Shown here in pieces: positions 36,166-45,556 of a stretch of DNA of 64,000 nucleotides. The stretch's first letter is position 1; each line of letters opens with the position of its first letter. The stretch covers positions 96,001 through 160,000 of the forward strand of contig CAVXWZ010000002.1 of assembly GCA_963765575.1 (NCBI GenBank). Reading direction: 5' to 3'. The position numbers and the translations under genes are program-made. The notes beneath the pieces were generated by a model. The model saw nothing but the letters and a program-made list of their open reading frames with translations. It ran no database searches and had not been told where the DNA came from. Source of the stretch: an uncultured cyanobacterium. Its GTDB lineage: Bacteria > Cyanobacteriota > Cyanobacteriia > PCC-6307 > Cyanobiaceae.

Positions 36166-37095
36166 TCAGGTCCGTCGGATCGTGATCAGCCCCCAGTCGC
36201 TCTGGCGGGCGGTGAGTTCGGCGCTCCATCCCTGCCCCTCCAGCACCCGCCGCAGGGGCGGCTCCTGGCTCACCAGCAGGCCGCTGAGCAGGCCTACGCC
36301 TCCAGGGGCAAGCACGCTGGCGAAGGCCGGGCAGAGGGCCTCGATCACCGGCGCCAGAATGTTGCACAGCAGCAGGTCAGCCGGCCGGCCGCCGAGCAAC
36401 GCCACCAGCGGCTCCACCGACCCCAGGCCCACCCGCAGGCGCCCCTGCAGGCCGCAGGCGGCGGCGTTGCCGGCGGTGGCCCGCACCGCCAGGGGGTCGG
36501 TGTCGGTGGCCGCCACCTCCTTGGCCCCCAACAGCAGGGCGGCGATGCCGAGGATGCCGCTGCCGCAGCCCAGATCGGCCACCCGCAGGCCGGCCAGGCC
36601 TGGCGCGGGGTCGCCGGCGACGCTGCGCACGGCGGCGAGACGATCCAGCGCCTCCAGACAGAGGCGCGTGGTGGGATGGCTGCCGGTGCCGAAGGCGCTG
36701 CCGGGATCCATGCGGATCACCAGCCGCTGGGCGTGCTCAGGGGGCAGCTCCAGCCAGGCGGGCAGGATCAGCAGCCGCTCGCCCACCGGATCGGGCCGCC
36801 AATGGCGCTTCCAGCTCAGGCTCCAGTCCTCATCCAGCTGCTGCACCCAGGTGATCGGCGGCAGCCTGAGGTCGAAGGGCTCAGCCAGGGGGGCGAGGGC
36901 CGCCTGCAGCCGCAAGCGCTCCGGCTGCGGCCAGTCGGCGGCCGGTAACCAGGCCTGCAACAGCCGCCGCTGGGGATCGTCAGCACGGTGGCGCACGGCC
37001 AGGCGTGGAATCCCCAGGCACGCCAGTTTCCACAGCAGGGATTCCTCCAGCTCCGCAGGGCAAGGCATCTCCAGGCGCCACCAGGATCGATCCAT
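36166..37095 (-). CDS. prmA: Ribosomal protein L11 methyltransferase
   Basis: DPGSAFGTGSHPTT, DLGCGSGIL, NILA. Confidence 0.95.
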   Translation of the reverse strand: MDRSWWRLEMPCPAELEESLLWKLACLGIPRLAVRHRADDPQRRLLQAWLPAADWPQPERLRLQAALAPLAEPFDLRLPPITWVQQLDEDWSLSWKRHWRPDPVGERLLILPAWLELPPEHAQRLVIRMDPGSAFGTGSHPTTRLCLEALDRLAAVRSVAGDPAPGLAGLRVADLGCGSGILGIAALLLGAKEVAATDTDPLAVRATAGNAAACGLQGRLRVGLGSVEPLVALLGGRPADLLLCNILAPVIEALCPAFASVLAPGGVGLLSGLLVSQEPPLRRVLEGQGWSAELTARQSDWGLITIRRT

Positions 37096-37124
37096 CACGG
37101 GTTGGCCCAGCCGGGCCGGGGCGG

Positions 37125-38711
37125 TCAGAGGGTGACCGGGTGGGCTTCCTGAATGCCGTCGATCCGGTGAATGGCCTCCAGCAGGCTGGCGGGGATCGGG
37201 TCGTCGAGGCTCAGCACCATCACGGCATCGCCACGCACGATGCGGCGGCCCACCTGCATCGAGGCGATGTTGACGTTGTGCTCGCCCAGCACCGAGCCGA
37301 TGCGCCCGATGATCCCGGGCATGTCGCGGTGGCGGGTGAACAGCATCTGCTGGCTGGGACTCACCGACACGGGGAACTCGTCGATCGAGGTGACGCGCAG
37401 CTCACCATCGGCGAACACCGCACCACTGACGCTGTGGTTGCCTTGGCTGCTGCGGGAGCGCAGCTCCAGGGAACCGCCGGCGTAGTCGCGGGCGGCCTCG
37501 TCCTTCACCTCCAGCACGTGAATGCCCCGGTCCTTGGCCTCGAGGCTGGCGTTGACGTAGTTGATCGAATCGCCCAGGGCCGTGGAGAGCACGCCCTTGA
37601 GCACGGCCACCACCAGGGGCTGGGCGGGATGGGCGGCGAACTCGCCCTGCAGCCGCACCTCCAGCTCGCTGATCTGGCCGCCGGCCAGCTGGGAGAGCAG
37701 CTGCCCCAGGGTTTCCGCCAGCTGCAGATGGGGCTTGAGCAGCTCCATCACCTCGGCATTCAGGCCGGGGATGTTCACGGCACTGCGGGCGGGAAGGCCC
37801 AGCAGCACATCGCGGATCTGCTCGGCCACGTCGATGGCCACGTTCTCCTGGGCCTCGGTGGTGGAGGCCCCCAGGTGCGGGGTGAGCACGAGGCGCTGCT
37901 GCACCGTCCGCAACGGCGAATCGGCTGCCAGGGGTTCGCTGGCATACACATCGAGGGCGGCGCCGGCAATCACGCCCTGCTCCACCGCCTCGGCCAGGGC
38001 CGCCTCGTCGACGATGCCGCCGCGGGCGCAGTTGACCAGCCGTGCCGTGGGCTTCATCGTGCGCAGCAGCTCGGCGTTCACCAGGTTTTCGGTGTCGGGC
38101 GTGCGGGGCAGGTGCAGGGTGACGTAGTCGGCCTGGGCAAACAGCTCGGGCAGGGGCAGCAAGGTCACCTGCATGCTCTGGGCACGCTCGGGGGAGACGA
38201 AGGGGTCGTAGGCGAGCAGCTCCATGCCCATCGCCTTGGCGACCCGGGCCACGTGGGAGCCGATCTTGCCGAGCCCGACCACGCCCAACTTTTTTTTGTA
38301 GAGCTCATTGCCCACGTAGGTCTTGCGATCCCAGCCGCCAGCCATGGTGCTGGCGTGGGCGTGGGCCACGTGGCGCGACAGCGACAGCATCAGCGCCAGG
38401 GCATGCTCGGCGGCGGCGATGGTGTTGCCCTCCGGCGAGTTCACCACCAGCACACCGCGGCGGGTGGCGGCCGGCACATCGACGTTGTCGACCCCCACAC
38501 CGGCCCGGCCGATGATCCGCAGCTTGTCGGCGGCCTCGATGATCCCGGCCGTCACCGTGGTGCCGGAACGGATCATCAACGCTTCGTAGTCACCGACGAT
38601 GGCGCGCAGCTCCTCGGTCCCGAGGCCGGTGCGCACATCCACCGTGGCCACCTGGGAGAGGATGGCGATCCCCGCCTGGTCGATGGGATCCGAAACGAGA
38701 ACCTTGGTCAT
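37125..38711 (-). CDS. serA: D-3-phosphoglycerate dehydrogenase
   Basis: GRAGVGVDNVD, GLGKIG, TPHLGAST, C-terminal ACT domain. Confidence 0.96.
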   Translation of the reverse strand: MTKVLVSDPIDQAGIAILSQVATVDVRTGLGTEELRAIVGDYEALMIRSGTTVTAGIIEAADKLRIIGRAGVGVDNVDVPAATRRGVLVVNSPEGNTIAAAEHALALMLSLSRHVAHAHASTMAGGWDRKTYVGNELYKKKLGVVGLGKIGSHVARVAKAMGMELLAYDPFVSPERAQSMQVTLLPLPELFAQADYVTLHLPRTPDTENLVNAELLRTMKPTARLVNCARGGIVDEAALAEAVEQGVIAGAALDVYASEPLAADSPLRTVQQRLVLTPHLGASTTEAQENVAIDVAEQIRDVLLGLPARSAVNIPGLNAEVMELLKPHLQLAETLGQLLSQLAGGQISELEVRLQGEFAAHPAQPLVVAVLKGVLSTALGDSINYVNASLEAKDRGIHVLEVKDEAARDYAGGSLELRSRSSQGNHSVSGAVFADGELRVTSIDEFPVSVSPSQQMLFTRHRDMPGIIGRIGSVLGEHNVNIASMQVGRRIVRGDAVMVLSLDDPIPASLLEAIHRIDGIQEAHPVTL

Positions 38712-38848
38712 GCCCGGCGGGGGTTGTGCAGCCGGAGGTGAAGTGTAGTGATCGACGGCTGAACGGGCCCTGGCGATGGCCTGATCGGCAGCCGCAGCAC
38801 CGCAGCAGCGAGAATCGAGCCGCAACCGCTTCAACGGGGACTGACGAG

Positions 38849-39349
38849 GTGACGAGTGTCGTGGTGGTGGTCGACGATCAGGGGCGACTGCATCAGCTGC
38901 GCGATCGCCTCGCCGACCTGCAGCCCCCCCTGGCCCAGCTGGTCACCGTGGGGGCCGGCGAAACATCGATGGAGGAGGTGGAACGCCTCAACCCGGCGGT
39001 GGGGCGACAACGTCGGCAGCGTTCCATGGCCCGCTGGCTGATCCCCTTCGGATTCTTCGCCGGGCTCACCTTCACCTACATCACTGACCTCGACACGTTC
39101 GCCTTCGCCGGCGACTGGAGCCAGCATCTGATCGGCGGCCTGCTGGGTCTCGGTTCGGGCTGGATGGGCAGCTTCGCGGCTGCCGCCAGCGTGCGCTCCG
39201 ACCAGGACGACCGTGTGCGCAGCCTGCGCAACCGGGTGGCCGAAGGCAGCTGGCTGCTGTTGGTGGAAACCGCCGTGGGCGCCGACATGCCCTGGAGCAC
39301 CCTCCAGCAGGCCCGCCCTCAGGCCGTGGTGCGTCTGGGCGACGCCTGA
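38849..39349 (+). CDS. Hypothetical membrane protein
   Basis: Two hydrophobic segments (WLIPFGFFAG; LIGGLLGLGSG); stop overlaps the next ATG. Confidence 0.75.
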   Translation: MTSVVVVVDDQGRLHQLRDRLADLQPPLAQLVTVGAGETSMEEVERLNPAVGRQRRQRSMARWLIPFGFFAGLTFTYITDLDTFAFAGDWSQHLIGGLLGLGSGWMGSFAAAASVRSDQDDRVRSLRNRVAEGSWLLLVETAVGADMPWSTLQQARPQAVVRLGDA

Positions 39350-40134
39350 TGCTGCCCCGCCGGACGCTGCTCGAAGGCAGCCGACATCCGGCCGTTCTCG
39401 CTGCGGTGCTGGATGTGGCCGACACAGCGCTGCGCACCTGGGAGCCCTGCTGGACGGGGTTCCTCGATCCAGCCGCCCGCGAGGAAGCCAGCGAACGCCT
39501 GGCGCCGCTGGCCGAGCTGCACGTGCACGGCGCGGGCGGCTTCCCCGGGGCGGAGCGCCAGCGCCTGCTGCTGCTGCGACGGGAGAGCGGGGTGGATCCG
39601 CAGGCCCTGCCCACGGATCTGGGCGGGCTGGAGATCAGCGGCAATTTTCTGTTTGATCCGGCCGAGCCCGCCGACCTGCGCCAGACCCTGCTCAGCCTCG
39701 GCACGGCCCCCGAGAGCATCGGTGATCTCTGGATGCGCGGCGACCGCGGTGGCCAGGGGGTGCTCTGCGAGATCGCCGCCAGGGCGCTCAGCGGCCGCCA
39801 GGGCCAGGTGCGCAGCGTGGATGTTCTTTGTCAGGCCAGGGCCATCGACGCCCTGCAGCCACCGCAGCCACGGCAGCCACGCCGCTGGCACAGCGTGGAG
39901 GCCTCCTGCCGGCTCGATGCCGTGGCTTCCGCCGGCTTCGGGATGTCCCGGGCACGCATGAGCAGCCTGATCCGCGCCGGCCAGGTGCGGGTGAACTGGA
40001 CTGCGATCACCAGTCCGAGCCAGGAGCTGGAGGCCGGTGATCGGGTGCAGATGGCCGGCCGTGGTGAGCTGGCGGTGCTGGGTGTGAGTCCCACCAAGCG
40101 CCAGCGCTGGCGCATCGAGCTGGAACGGCGCTGA
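39349..40134 (+). CDS. S4-domain RNA-binding protein (YlmH/Sll1252-like)
   Basis: GGFPGAERQR, GNFLFD, IGD, RLDAVASAGFGMSR, VRVNW. Confidence 0.9.
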   Translation: MLPRRTLLEGSRHPAVLAAVLDVADTALRTWEPCWTGFLDPAAREEASERLAPLAELHVHGAGGFPGAERQRLLLLRRESGVDPQALPTDLGGLEISGNFLFDPAEPADLRQTLLSLGTAPESIGDLWMRGDRGGQGVLCEIAARALSGRQGQVRSVDVLCQARAIDALQPPQPRQPRRWHSVEASCRLDAVASAGFGMSRARMSSLIRAGQVRVNWTAITSPSQELEAGDRVQMAGRGELAVLGVSPTKRQRWRIELERR

Positions 40135-40440
40135 GCCCGGGCGCCGGCAGCCCAGGGGTGGGAGGCCGGAGAGGGTGGGCTGCTAGTTTTTGCAGGCTCC
40201 TGAGCAGCTTCTGCCCAGGATGGCGATTGAGTTCAACAGTTGACACATTCAACTGTGTTGCAGATGTGAGTGGCAGAAGCTCTCAAGGCTTCATTCTCAG
40301 GACAACAATTCAGGGCTTTGTCCCGAAATGTTTCCCACCTCAGCCACTTCGCAACTGAACGAGTGTGGGCCTCGAATCAAATCCTTTTCAGGACGACATT
40401 CCTGCCGGCACCTCCAACACTCTTTCCCCAGTCCAAACTG

Positions 40441-40512
40441 GGGCGATTAGCTCAGAGGTAGAGCACTACCTTGACACGGTAGGAGTCACTGGTTCGATTC
40501 CAGTATCGCCCA
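40441..40512 (+). tRNA. tRNA-Val(GAC)
   Basis: GGGCGATTAGCTCAGAGGTAGAGCACTACCTTGACACGGTAGGAGTCACTGGTTCGATTCCAGTATCGCCCA folds as a cloverleaf. Confidence 0.97.
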
Positions 40513-40543
40513 CTTCCCCAGCCGCGGAAGTTTCTGCCCAGCC

Positions 40544-42004
40544 ATGCCCGGCACCCGAGACTCTGCCGCTGCCATCCCCCCGGATGGCTCCCCCTCCGGC
40601 AACCCAGCCCAGCCGGCGCCGCTGGCCGCGGTGATCGGCATGGGTCGTTCCGGCATCGGAGCCGCCCGGCTGCTGCAGGCCCTCGGCGAGCGGGTGGTGG
40701 TGATGGAGAGCCGTGGCAACCCGGAGCTGGAGCGGCAGGCCGCCGAGCTGCGCCACCAGGGAATTGAGGTTCGCCTGAACCACAGCCTCGATGCCGAAGC
40801 CATTCTCGCCCTGGGGCCTGACCTGCAGCGGGTGGTGGTGAGCCCCGGCATCCGCTGGGACCATCCCGCCTTTGCAACCCTGCGCGCCCGCGGCCTCACC
40901 GTGCAGGGAGAAGTGGAACCGGCCTGGCAGGCCAGCCGCCCCGCGCCCTGGATCGGCATCACCGGCACCAACGGCAAGACCACCGTCACCCATCTGGTGC
41001 ACCACCTGCTGCGCAGCGCCGGCAGGGATGTGGCGATGGCGGGAAATGTGGGCCAGTCGGCGGCCGAAACCGTGCTGGAGCGCCGCGACTCCAGCGAAGG
41101 CCTGCCCCAGTGGCTGGTGGTGGAGCTCAGCAGCTACCAGATCGAGGCCTCAACAGCAATCGCGCCGCGGGTGGGGATCTGGACCACCCTCACCCCCGAC
41201 CACCTGGAACGGCACGGCACGCTGGACAACTACCGCAGCATCAAACGGCAATTGTTGGAGCGCAGCGCTGTGCAGGTGCTCAACGGCGACGATCCCGATC
41301 TCCAGGCCAGGGCAGCCAGCTGGGATCGGGCGATCTGGGTGAGCGCCGGTCCGCGGCGGCAGCTGGCTCCGGGGATCGAACCGGAGCTGTGGATCGAGGC
41401 CGGGCGGGTGTGGCAGGCGCGGGCGGGCGGGCCCAGGGATCTGATGGCCGCCGATGCCCTGCAGATGCCCGGTTCCCACAACCGCCAAAACATGCTGCTG
41501 GCGGTGGCGGCAGGGTTGGAAGCGGGTCTGGATGGCCCCACGATGGAGGCGGCCCTGCGCCAGTTCCCGGGCGTGCCCCATCGCCTGGAGCACATCCGCA
41601 CCTGGGAGCAGGTGCGCTACTACAACGACAGCAAGGCCACCAACTACGACGCCGCCGAGGTGGCTCTCAAGGCCCTGGGCGGCCCCTTGGTGGTGCTCGC
41701 CGGAGGTCAGGCCAAGATCGGTGAGGCCAGTGCCTGGGTCCGCGCCCTCCAGGCTTCGGCGCGGGGCGTGGTCCTCTACGGCGAAGCCCAGGAGCGTTTT
41801 CAAACGCTGCTCAGGGAGCACGGCTACGCCGGCCGCATCGAAACCTGCCCGGGACTGGAGCAGGCCGTGCCCCTGGCCGCCGGCCTGGCCGCCGACCTCG
41901 GTTGCGGTGCCGTGCTGCTCTCGCCCGCCTGCGCCAGCTTCGACCAGTACCCCGACTTCGAGGCGCGGGGCGACCATTTCCGCCGGTTGGTGGCCGATCT
42001 CTGA
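40544..42004 (+). CDS. murD: UDP-MurNAc-L-Ala--D-Glu ligase
   Basis: ITGTNGKTT, ELSSYQ, DHLERH, NDSKATN, LSPACASFDQY. Confidence 0.96.
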   Translation: MPGTRDSAAAIPPDGSPSGNPAQPAPLAAVIGMGRSGIGAARLLQALGERVVVMESRGNPELERQAAELRHQGIEVRLNHSLDAEAILALGPDLQRVVVSPGIRWDHPAFATLRARGLTVQGEVEPAWQASRPAPWIGITGTNGKTTVTHLVHHLLRSAGRDVAMAGNVGQSAAETVLERRDSSEGLPQWLVVELSSYQIEASTAIAPRVGIWTTLTPDHLERHGTLDNYRSIKRQLLERSAVQVLNGDDPDLQARAASWDRAIWVSAGPRRQLAPGIEPELWIEAGRVWQARAGGPRDLMAADALQMPGSHNRQNMLLAVAAGLEAGLDGPTMEAALRQFPGVPHRLEHIRTWEQVRYYNDSKATNYDAAEVALKALGGPLVVLAGGQAKIGEASAWVRALQASARGVVLYGEAQERFQTLLREHGYAGRIETCPGLEQAVPLAAGLAADLGCGAVLLSPACASFDQYPDFEARGDHFRRLVADL

Positions 42005-42073
42005 CCAGCCGGCAACCGGCGGGCAAGCTCCGCTCGGATCCGTAGCATCTCCGCAGCAGAAACAACGCCGGCC

Positions 42074-42532
42074 ATGGCCTACTGGCTGATGAAGAGCGAG
42101 CCGGAGGTGTATGGCATCGACCACCTCCAACGGGAGCAGACCACCCTCTGGGATGGGATCCGCAACTATCAGGCGCGCAACTTCATGCGCAGCATGGATG
42201 TTGGTGATCAGGCCTTCTTTTATCACTCCAACACCAAACCACCGGGGATCGTGGGGCTGATGGAGGTGCTGGAGACAGGCCTTGTGGACCCCACCCAGTT
42301 TGATCCCGCCTCCAAGTACCACGATCCGGCCTCCAGCCGCGACAAGCCCCGCTGGGACTGTGTGCGGCTGGGCTTCCTGCGTCAGTTCCCGCGCCTGCTG
42401 TCCCTTGAGACCCTGCGGCAGACCTTCAGCGCCGAAGAGCTGGCGGTGGTGCGGCGCGGCAACCGTCTCTCGATCCTGCCCGTGCCCGACGGCAGCGCCC
42501 AGCGCCTCCTGACCCTGCTGGAGGGCGGATGA
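42074..42532 (+). CDS. EVE domain protein
   Basis: YWLMKSEP, WDGIRNYQARN, FFYHSN, RLSILPV. Confidence 0.93.
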   Translation: MAYWLMKSEPEVYGIDHLQREQTTLWDGIRNYQARNFMRSMDVGDQAFFYHSNTKPPGIVGLMEVLETGLVDPTQFDPASKYHDPASSRDKPRWDCVRLGFLRQFPRLLSLETLRQTFSAEELAVVRRGNRLSILPVPDGSAQRLLTLLEGG

Positions 42533-43323
42533 GGGGGCCGTCGCCCCGACCGCCGCCGATCGCCATCCGCCTGGCCCTGCAGGAGGGTTGGCGGGGATTT
42601 CGCCGGGGCAGCGGCACCCTGATGCTGTTCACCCTGCTGGTGGGCGGCGTCAATGTGGCCTGCCAGTTGGGCATCCGCTTCAGCGACGAACGCATCGTCA
42701 ATGTCTACGGCCAGACCGACCAGCTGGCCCAGGGGGGCTACGGGCTGGCCTGGCTGGCCTGGCTGCTCAGCAACCTCTGGTTGGTGGTGGGCCTGCTGCG
42801 GGGGGCCGATGCCGTCCTGGCGCGGGAACGGCCGCGCCTGAACGATCTGCTGCGCCTGAATGGCCGGCAGCTGCTGCGGGCCGCCGGCACCCTGGGCCTG
42901 GTGCTGCTGGTGCTGGGCCTGATCGTTCGCCTGGCCCAGGCCAGCGCCTGGCTGCTGGCCCTGGTGCAACCGCTGTTGATGGCTCTGCCCCTGCTGGCGG
43001 GGGTGGCCGCGGTGATCTACGTGGTCACTGATCAGCTCCTCAGCCTGCCCTTGAGCGTGCTGGACGGGCATGGCCCCGTGGAGGCGTTCCGCCGTGGCCG
43101 AACGGCGATTGATCCGCACTGGCTGCAGGCCCTGGGGCTGACGCTGCTGCTGGGATTGGTGGTGCTGGCAGGCTTCCTGCCACTGCTGCTGGGCCTGGTC
43201 GCGACCCTGCCGGTGGCCGCCTGCATCCTGGTGGCCGCCTATCGCCAGCTGTTCCCAGCGCCGCTGACGCGGCGGTCTCAGCCCCAGCCCCAGCCGCTTC
43301 AACCGCAGCGGAAGCGCCCCTGA
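42529..43323 (+). CDS. Hypothetical integral membrane protein
   Basis: Several hydrophobic segments; ATGA overlap with the EVE gene stop. Confidence 0.75.
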   Translation: MRGPSPRPPPIAIRLALQEGWRGFRRGSGTLMLFTLLVGGVNVACQLGIRFSDERIVNVYGQTDQLAQGGYGLAWLAWLLSNLWLVVGLLRGADAVLARERPRLNDLLRLNGRQLLRAAGTLGLVLLVLGLIVRLAQASAWLLALVQPLLMALPLLAGVAAVIYVVTDQLLSLPLSVLDGHGPVEAFRRGRTAIDPHWLQALGLTLLLGLVVLAGFLPLLLGLVATLPVAACILVAAYRQLFPAPLTRRSQPQPQPLQPQRKRP

Positions 43324-43613
43324 GCCGGGAAGAGATTGGCGAGGTAGCAGCGGGTCACGTCCCGGCTCTGCACCCCGTTCTGCACCAGAAAGCCAGCAAC
43401 GGCTGCCTGGAACAGGCGGTACTGGTCCCAGTTGGGGTGCTCCTCGATGAACAGGCGCATGGACATCAGCAGAGCTTCGGGCACCTCGGCCCGCAGGCTC
43501 ACCATCAGGCTTTCGATTCCCTCCTGGTCCGCCCCTTGATGGGACGGTTCGAGGCCATCCCCACCGGCACTGGTGCTGGTGCTGGGACCGCTGATCGTGA
43601 GCTTGGACTCCAT
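43299..43613 (-). CDS. DUF2811-like cyanobacterial protein
   Basis: VSLRAEVPEAL...FIEEHPNWDQYRLFQAAVAGFLVQNG; start uncertain. Confidence 0.82.
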   Translation of the reverse strand: MESKLTISGPSTSTSAGGDGLEPSHQGADQEGIESLMVSLRAEVPEALLMSMRLFIEEHPNWDQYRLFQAAVAGFLVQNGVQSRDVTRCYLANLFPAQGRFRCG

Positions 43614-43896
43614 GGCTGACCCCCGTCGTGAGCCCAACCTTCCCCGACGGTCCGGCGGGAGTCAAATGAGGACCAGCGGCGCTGCCGCAGCCGCTCCCAG
43701 GCTGAGATCCCTGTGCTGGCAAGAGATCCGCCCAGCACAGACGCAGCGCCGAGGCAACGCCGGTCGCCCGCAGGGGGCTGTCAAGGGCGAGGGTGACGCC
43801 TCTGCCGTATTCCCCAGCACCGAGGTGGCGAGAGCGGGCGCTGCCGTCCCCCTGCGGAAAACCTGGGGAAAGCGGCCGCCGTTCTGGGGGGATCGG

Positions 43897-43943
43897 CCCC
43901 TGACCGGCGCTGATCAGCACTCCTGATCAGCGCCGGTCAGGGG
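43897..43943. repeat. Perfect 21-bp inverted repeat with 5-nt loop
   Basis: CCCCTGACCGGCGCTGATCAG-cactc-CTGATCAGCGCCGGTCAGGGG. Confidence 0.95.
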
Positions 43944-44008
43944 GCCATTCTCAGCGCTGCTGCTGCTGCATGCTGGTCGCCCGCTTCCCCGCTCCCCCGG
44001 CCGCCGCC

Positions 44009-44908
44009 ATGTCAGTTGCCCTGCTGGGAACCGGTCTGCTGGGAGCCGCCATCGCCGAGCGTCTGCTGGAGCAGGGCCAGACCGTGCACGCCTGGAACCG
44101 CCATGCCGAGCGGCTGGCTCCACTCACGGCCCTCGGCGCGATCCCCTGCGCCACCGCAGCGGAGGCGGTGCAGGCCTGCGACTGGGTGATCACCGTGCTC
44201 AGCGATGGGGCCGCAACGCGCGCGGTGCTGGCGGGCGCCGGGCTGCTGGGCCACGGGCATGGCGCCTCAGGCGGGGGTGGGGCGGCGGACCGCGGGCGGC
44301 GGGTGCTGCAGATGGGCACCATTGCCCCACCCGAGAGCCGCGAGCTGGCCGCGGCGGTTGCGGCGGCGGATGGCGCCTATCTAGAGGTGCCTGTGCTGGG
44401 CAGCCGCCCAGAAGCCCTGGCCGGCACACTGCAGTTGATGGTCGCAGGTGCTGAAAGCCTGTTTGAGCAGGCCCTGCCCTTGCTGCGCCTGCTGGGCCCT
44501 GAGCCGCGGTTGCTGGGACCGGTGGGGTCAGCCCTGGAGACCAAACTGGCCCTCAACCAGCTGATCAGCAGCCTCACCCATGCCTTCAGCCTGTCGCTGC
44601 ATCTGGTCCAGGCCAGCGGCGTGGCGGTGGAGCAGTTCATGGAGCTGCTGCGGGGCAGTGCCCTCTACGCCCCCACCTTCGACAAGAAGCTGCCACGCCT
44701 GCTGGCGGACGACTACAGCGAGCCCAACTTCCCCACCGCCCACCTGCGCAAGGACCTGCTGCTGTTTCTGGCGGCGGCCCGGGAGCGGGGCCTGGACACC
44801 ACGGGCCTGCAGGGGCTGGCCGAGCTGCTGGCCCGGGCCGAGGGCAGCGCCCTCGATGGTCTCGACTACAGCGCCCTGCACCGGCTCACGGCCTCGGCAG
44901 GCAGCTGA
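44009..44908 (+). CDS. NAD(P)-dependent beta-hydroxyacid dehydrogenase (3-hydroxyisobutyrate DH family)
   Basis: VALLGTGLLG, AWNR, YLEVPVLGS, KLALNQ, FPTAHLRKD. Confidence 0.88.
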   Translation: MSVALLGTGLLGAAIAERLLEQGQTVHAWNRHAERLAPLTALGAIPCATAAEAVQACDWVITVLSDGAATRAVLAGAGLLGHGHGASGGGGAADRGRRVLQMGTIAPPESRELAAAVAAADGAYLEVPVLGSRPEALAGTLQLMVAGAESLFEQALPLLRLLGPEPRLLGPVGSALETKLALNQLISSLTHAFSLSLHLVQASGVAVEQFMELLRGSALYAPTFDKKLPRLLADDYSEPNFPTAHLRKDLLLFLAAARERGLDTTGLQGLAELLARAEGSALDGLDYSALHRLTASAGS

Positions 44909-45272
44909 GCTCCCGGGCCTGGCGCAGGGCCGCCACCATCGCGCCAGCGGCGGCCTCGCTCCAGCCCCCCTCCACCCCCCGTTCGCTCAGGCCGGGGGCG
45001 AGCACAAAGCGCAGGCGCCACGCCTGGGGATGCCCCTCCAGCTCCAGCCACAGGGGGCCGCTCTCGAGCTCCAGCGTCAGCTGTTCCTGCGGCATCAGGC
45101 GCTCGGCCATCACCGCCAGTTCATCCACCAGCCGGCAGCATCCGTCCCAGAGGGCCCGGGCCTCCTCGGCCCTGAGCTCAACGGCCCAGCCCTCGCCGCC
45201 GATCAGCACCGGATAGGGGCTGCGGTCGGGTTCGACGGCCAGCCGCCAGCCGGGGCCTTCCTGAACCTGCAA
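44886..45272 (-). CDS. DUF1818-like protein
   Basis: EGPGWRL, VLIGGEGWAVEL, LWLELEG, RGVEGGW. Confidence 0.8.
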   Translation of the reverse strand: MQVQEGPGWRLAVEPDRSPYPVLIGGEGWAVELRAEEARALWDGCCRLVDELAVMAERLMPQEQLTLELESGPLWLELEGHPQAWRLRFVLAPGLSERGVEGGWSEAAAGAMVAALRQARELSCLPRP

Positions 45273-45274
45273 GC

Positions 45275-45505
45275 TCAGCCGGGCAGCAGGGCAGGCTGAT
45301 CCTGCTCATCGCTGAGTTCGATGATCGCCCGCTGCACGGGCTTGATCATCGAGTCGTCCAGCAGGCCATCGAAATCGTCGAAGCGGCGCTGCTTGGCACG
45401 GAAGGCGATGCGCACGGTGGTGAGGTAGCGGTTGCTGGAATGGCGAATCAGGCTCTCGGCCCGCTGGGCCAGGTCCTTGGAGTTCACCTCGAGTCCGGTT
45501 TGCAT
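45275..45505 (-). CDS. rpoZ: RNA polymerase omega subunit (cyanobacterial type)
   Basis: [19 protein letters not shown]...[13 protein letters not shown]. Confidence 0.92.
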   Translation of the reverse strand: MQTGLEVNSKDLAQRAESLIRHSSNRYLTTVRIAFRAKQRRFDDFDGLLDDSMIKPVQRAIIELSDEQDQPALLPG

Positions 45506-45556
45506 CCGTCGGCAGCCACAACCCCCAACCTAGGGGAAGGCCGCTAGAAGACCCCC

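Noticed and set aside
40441..40543. tRNA-Val as an integration site
   Set aside because: No integrase and no duplicated tRNA 3' end; murD follows after 31 nt.
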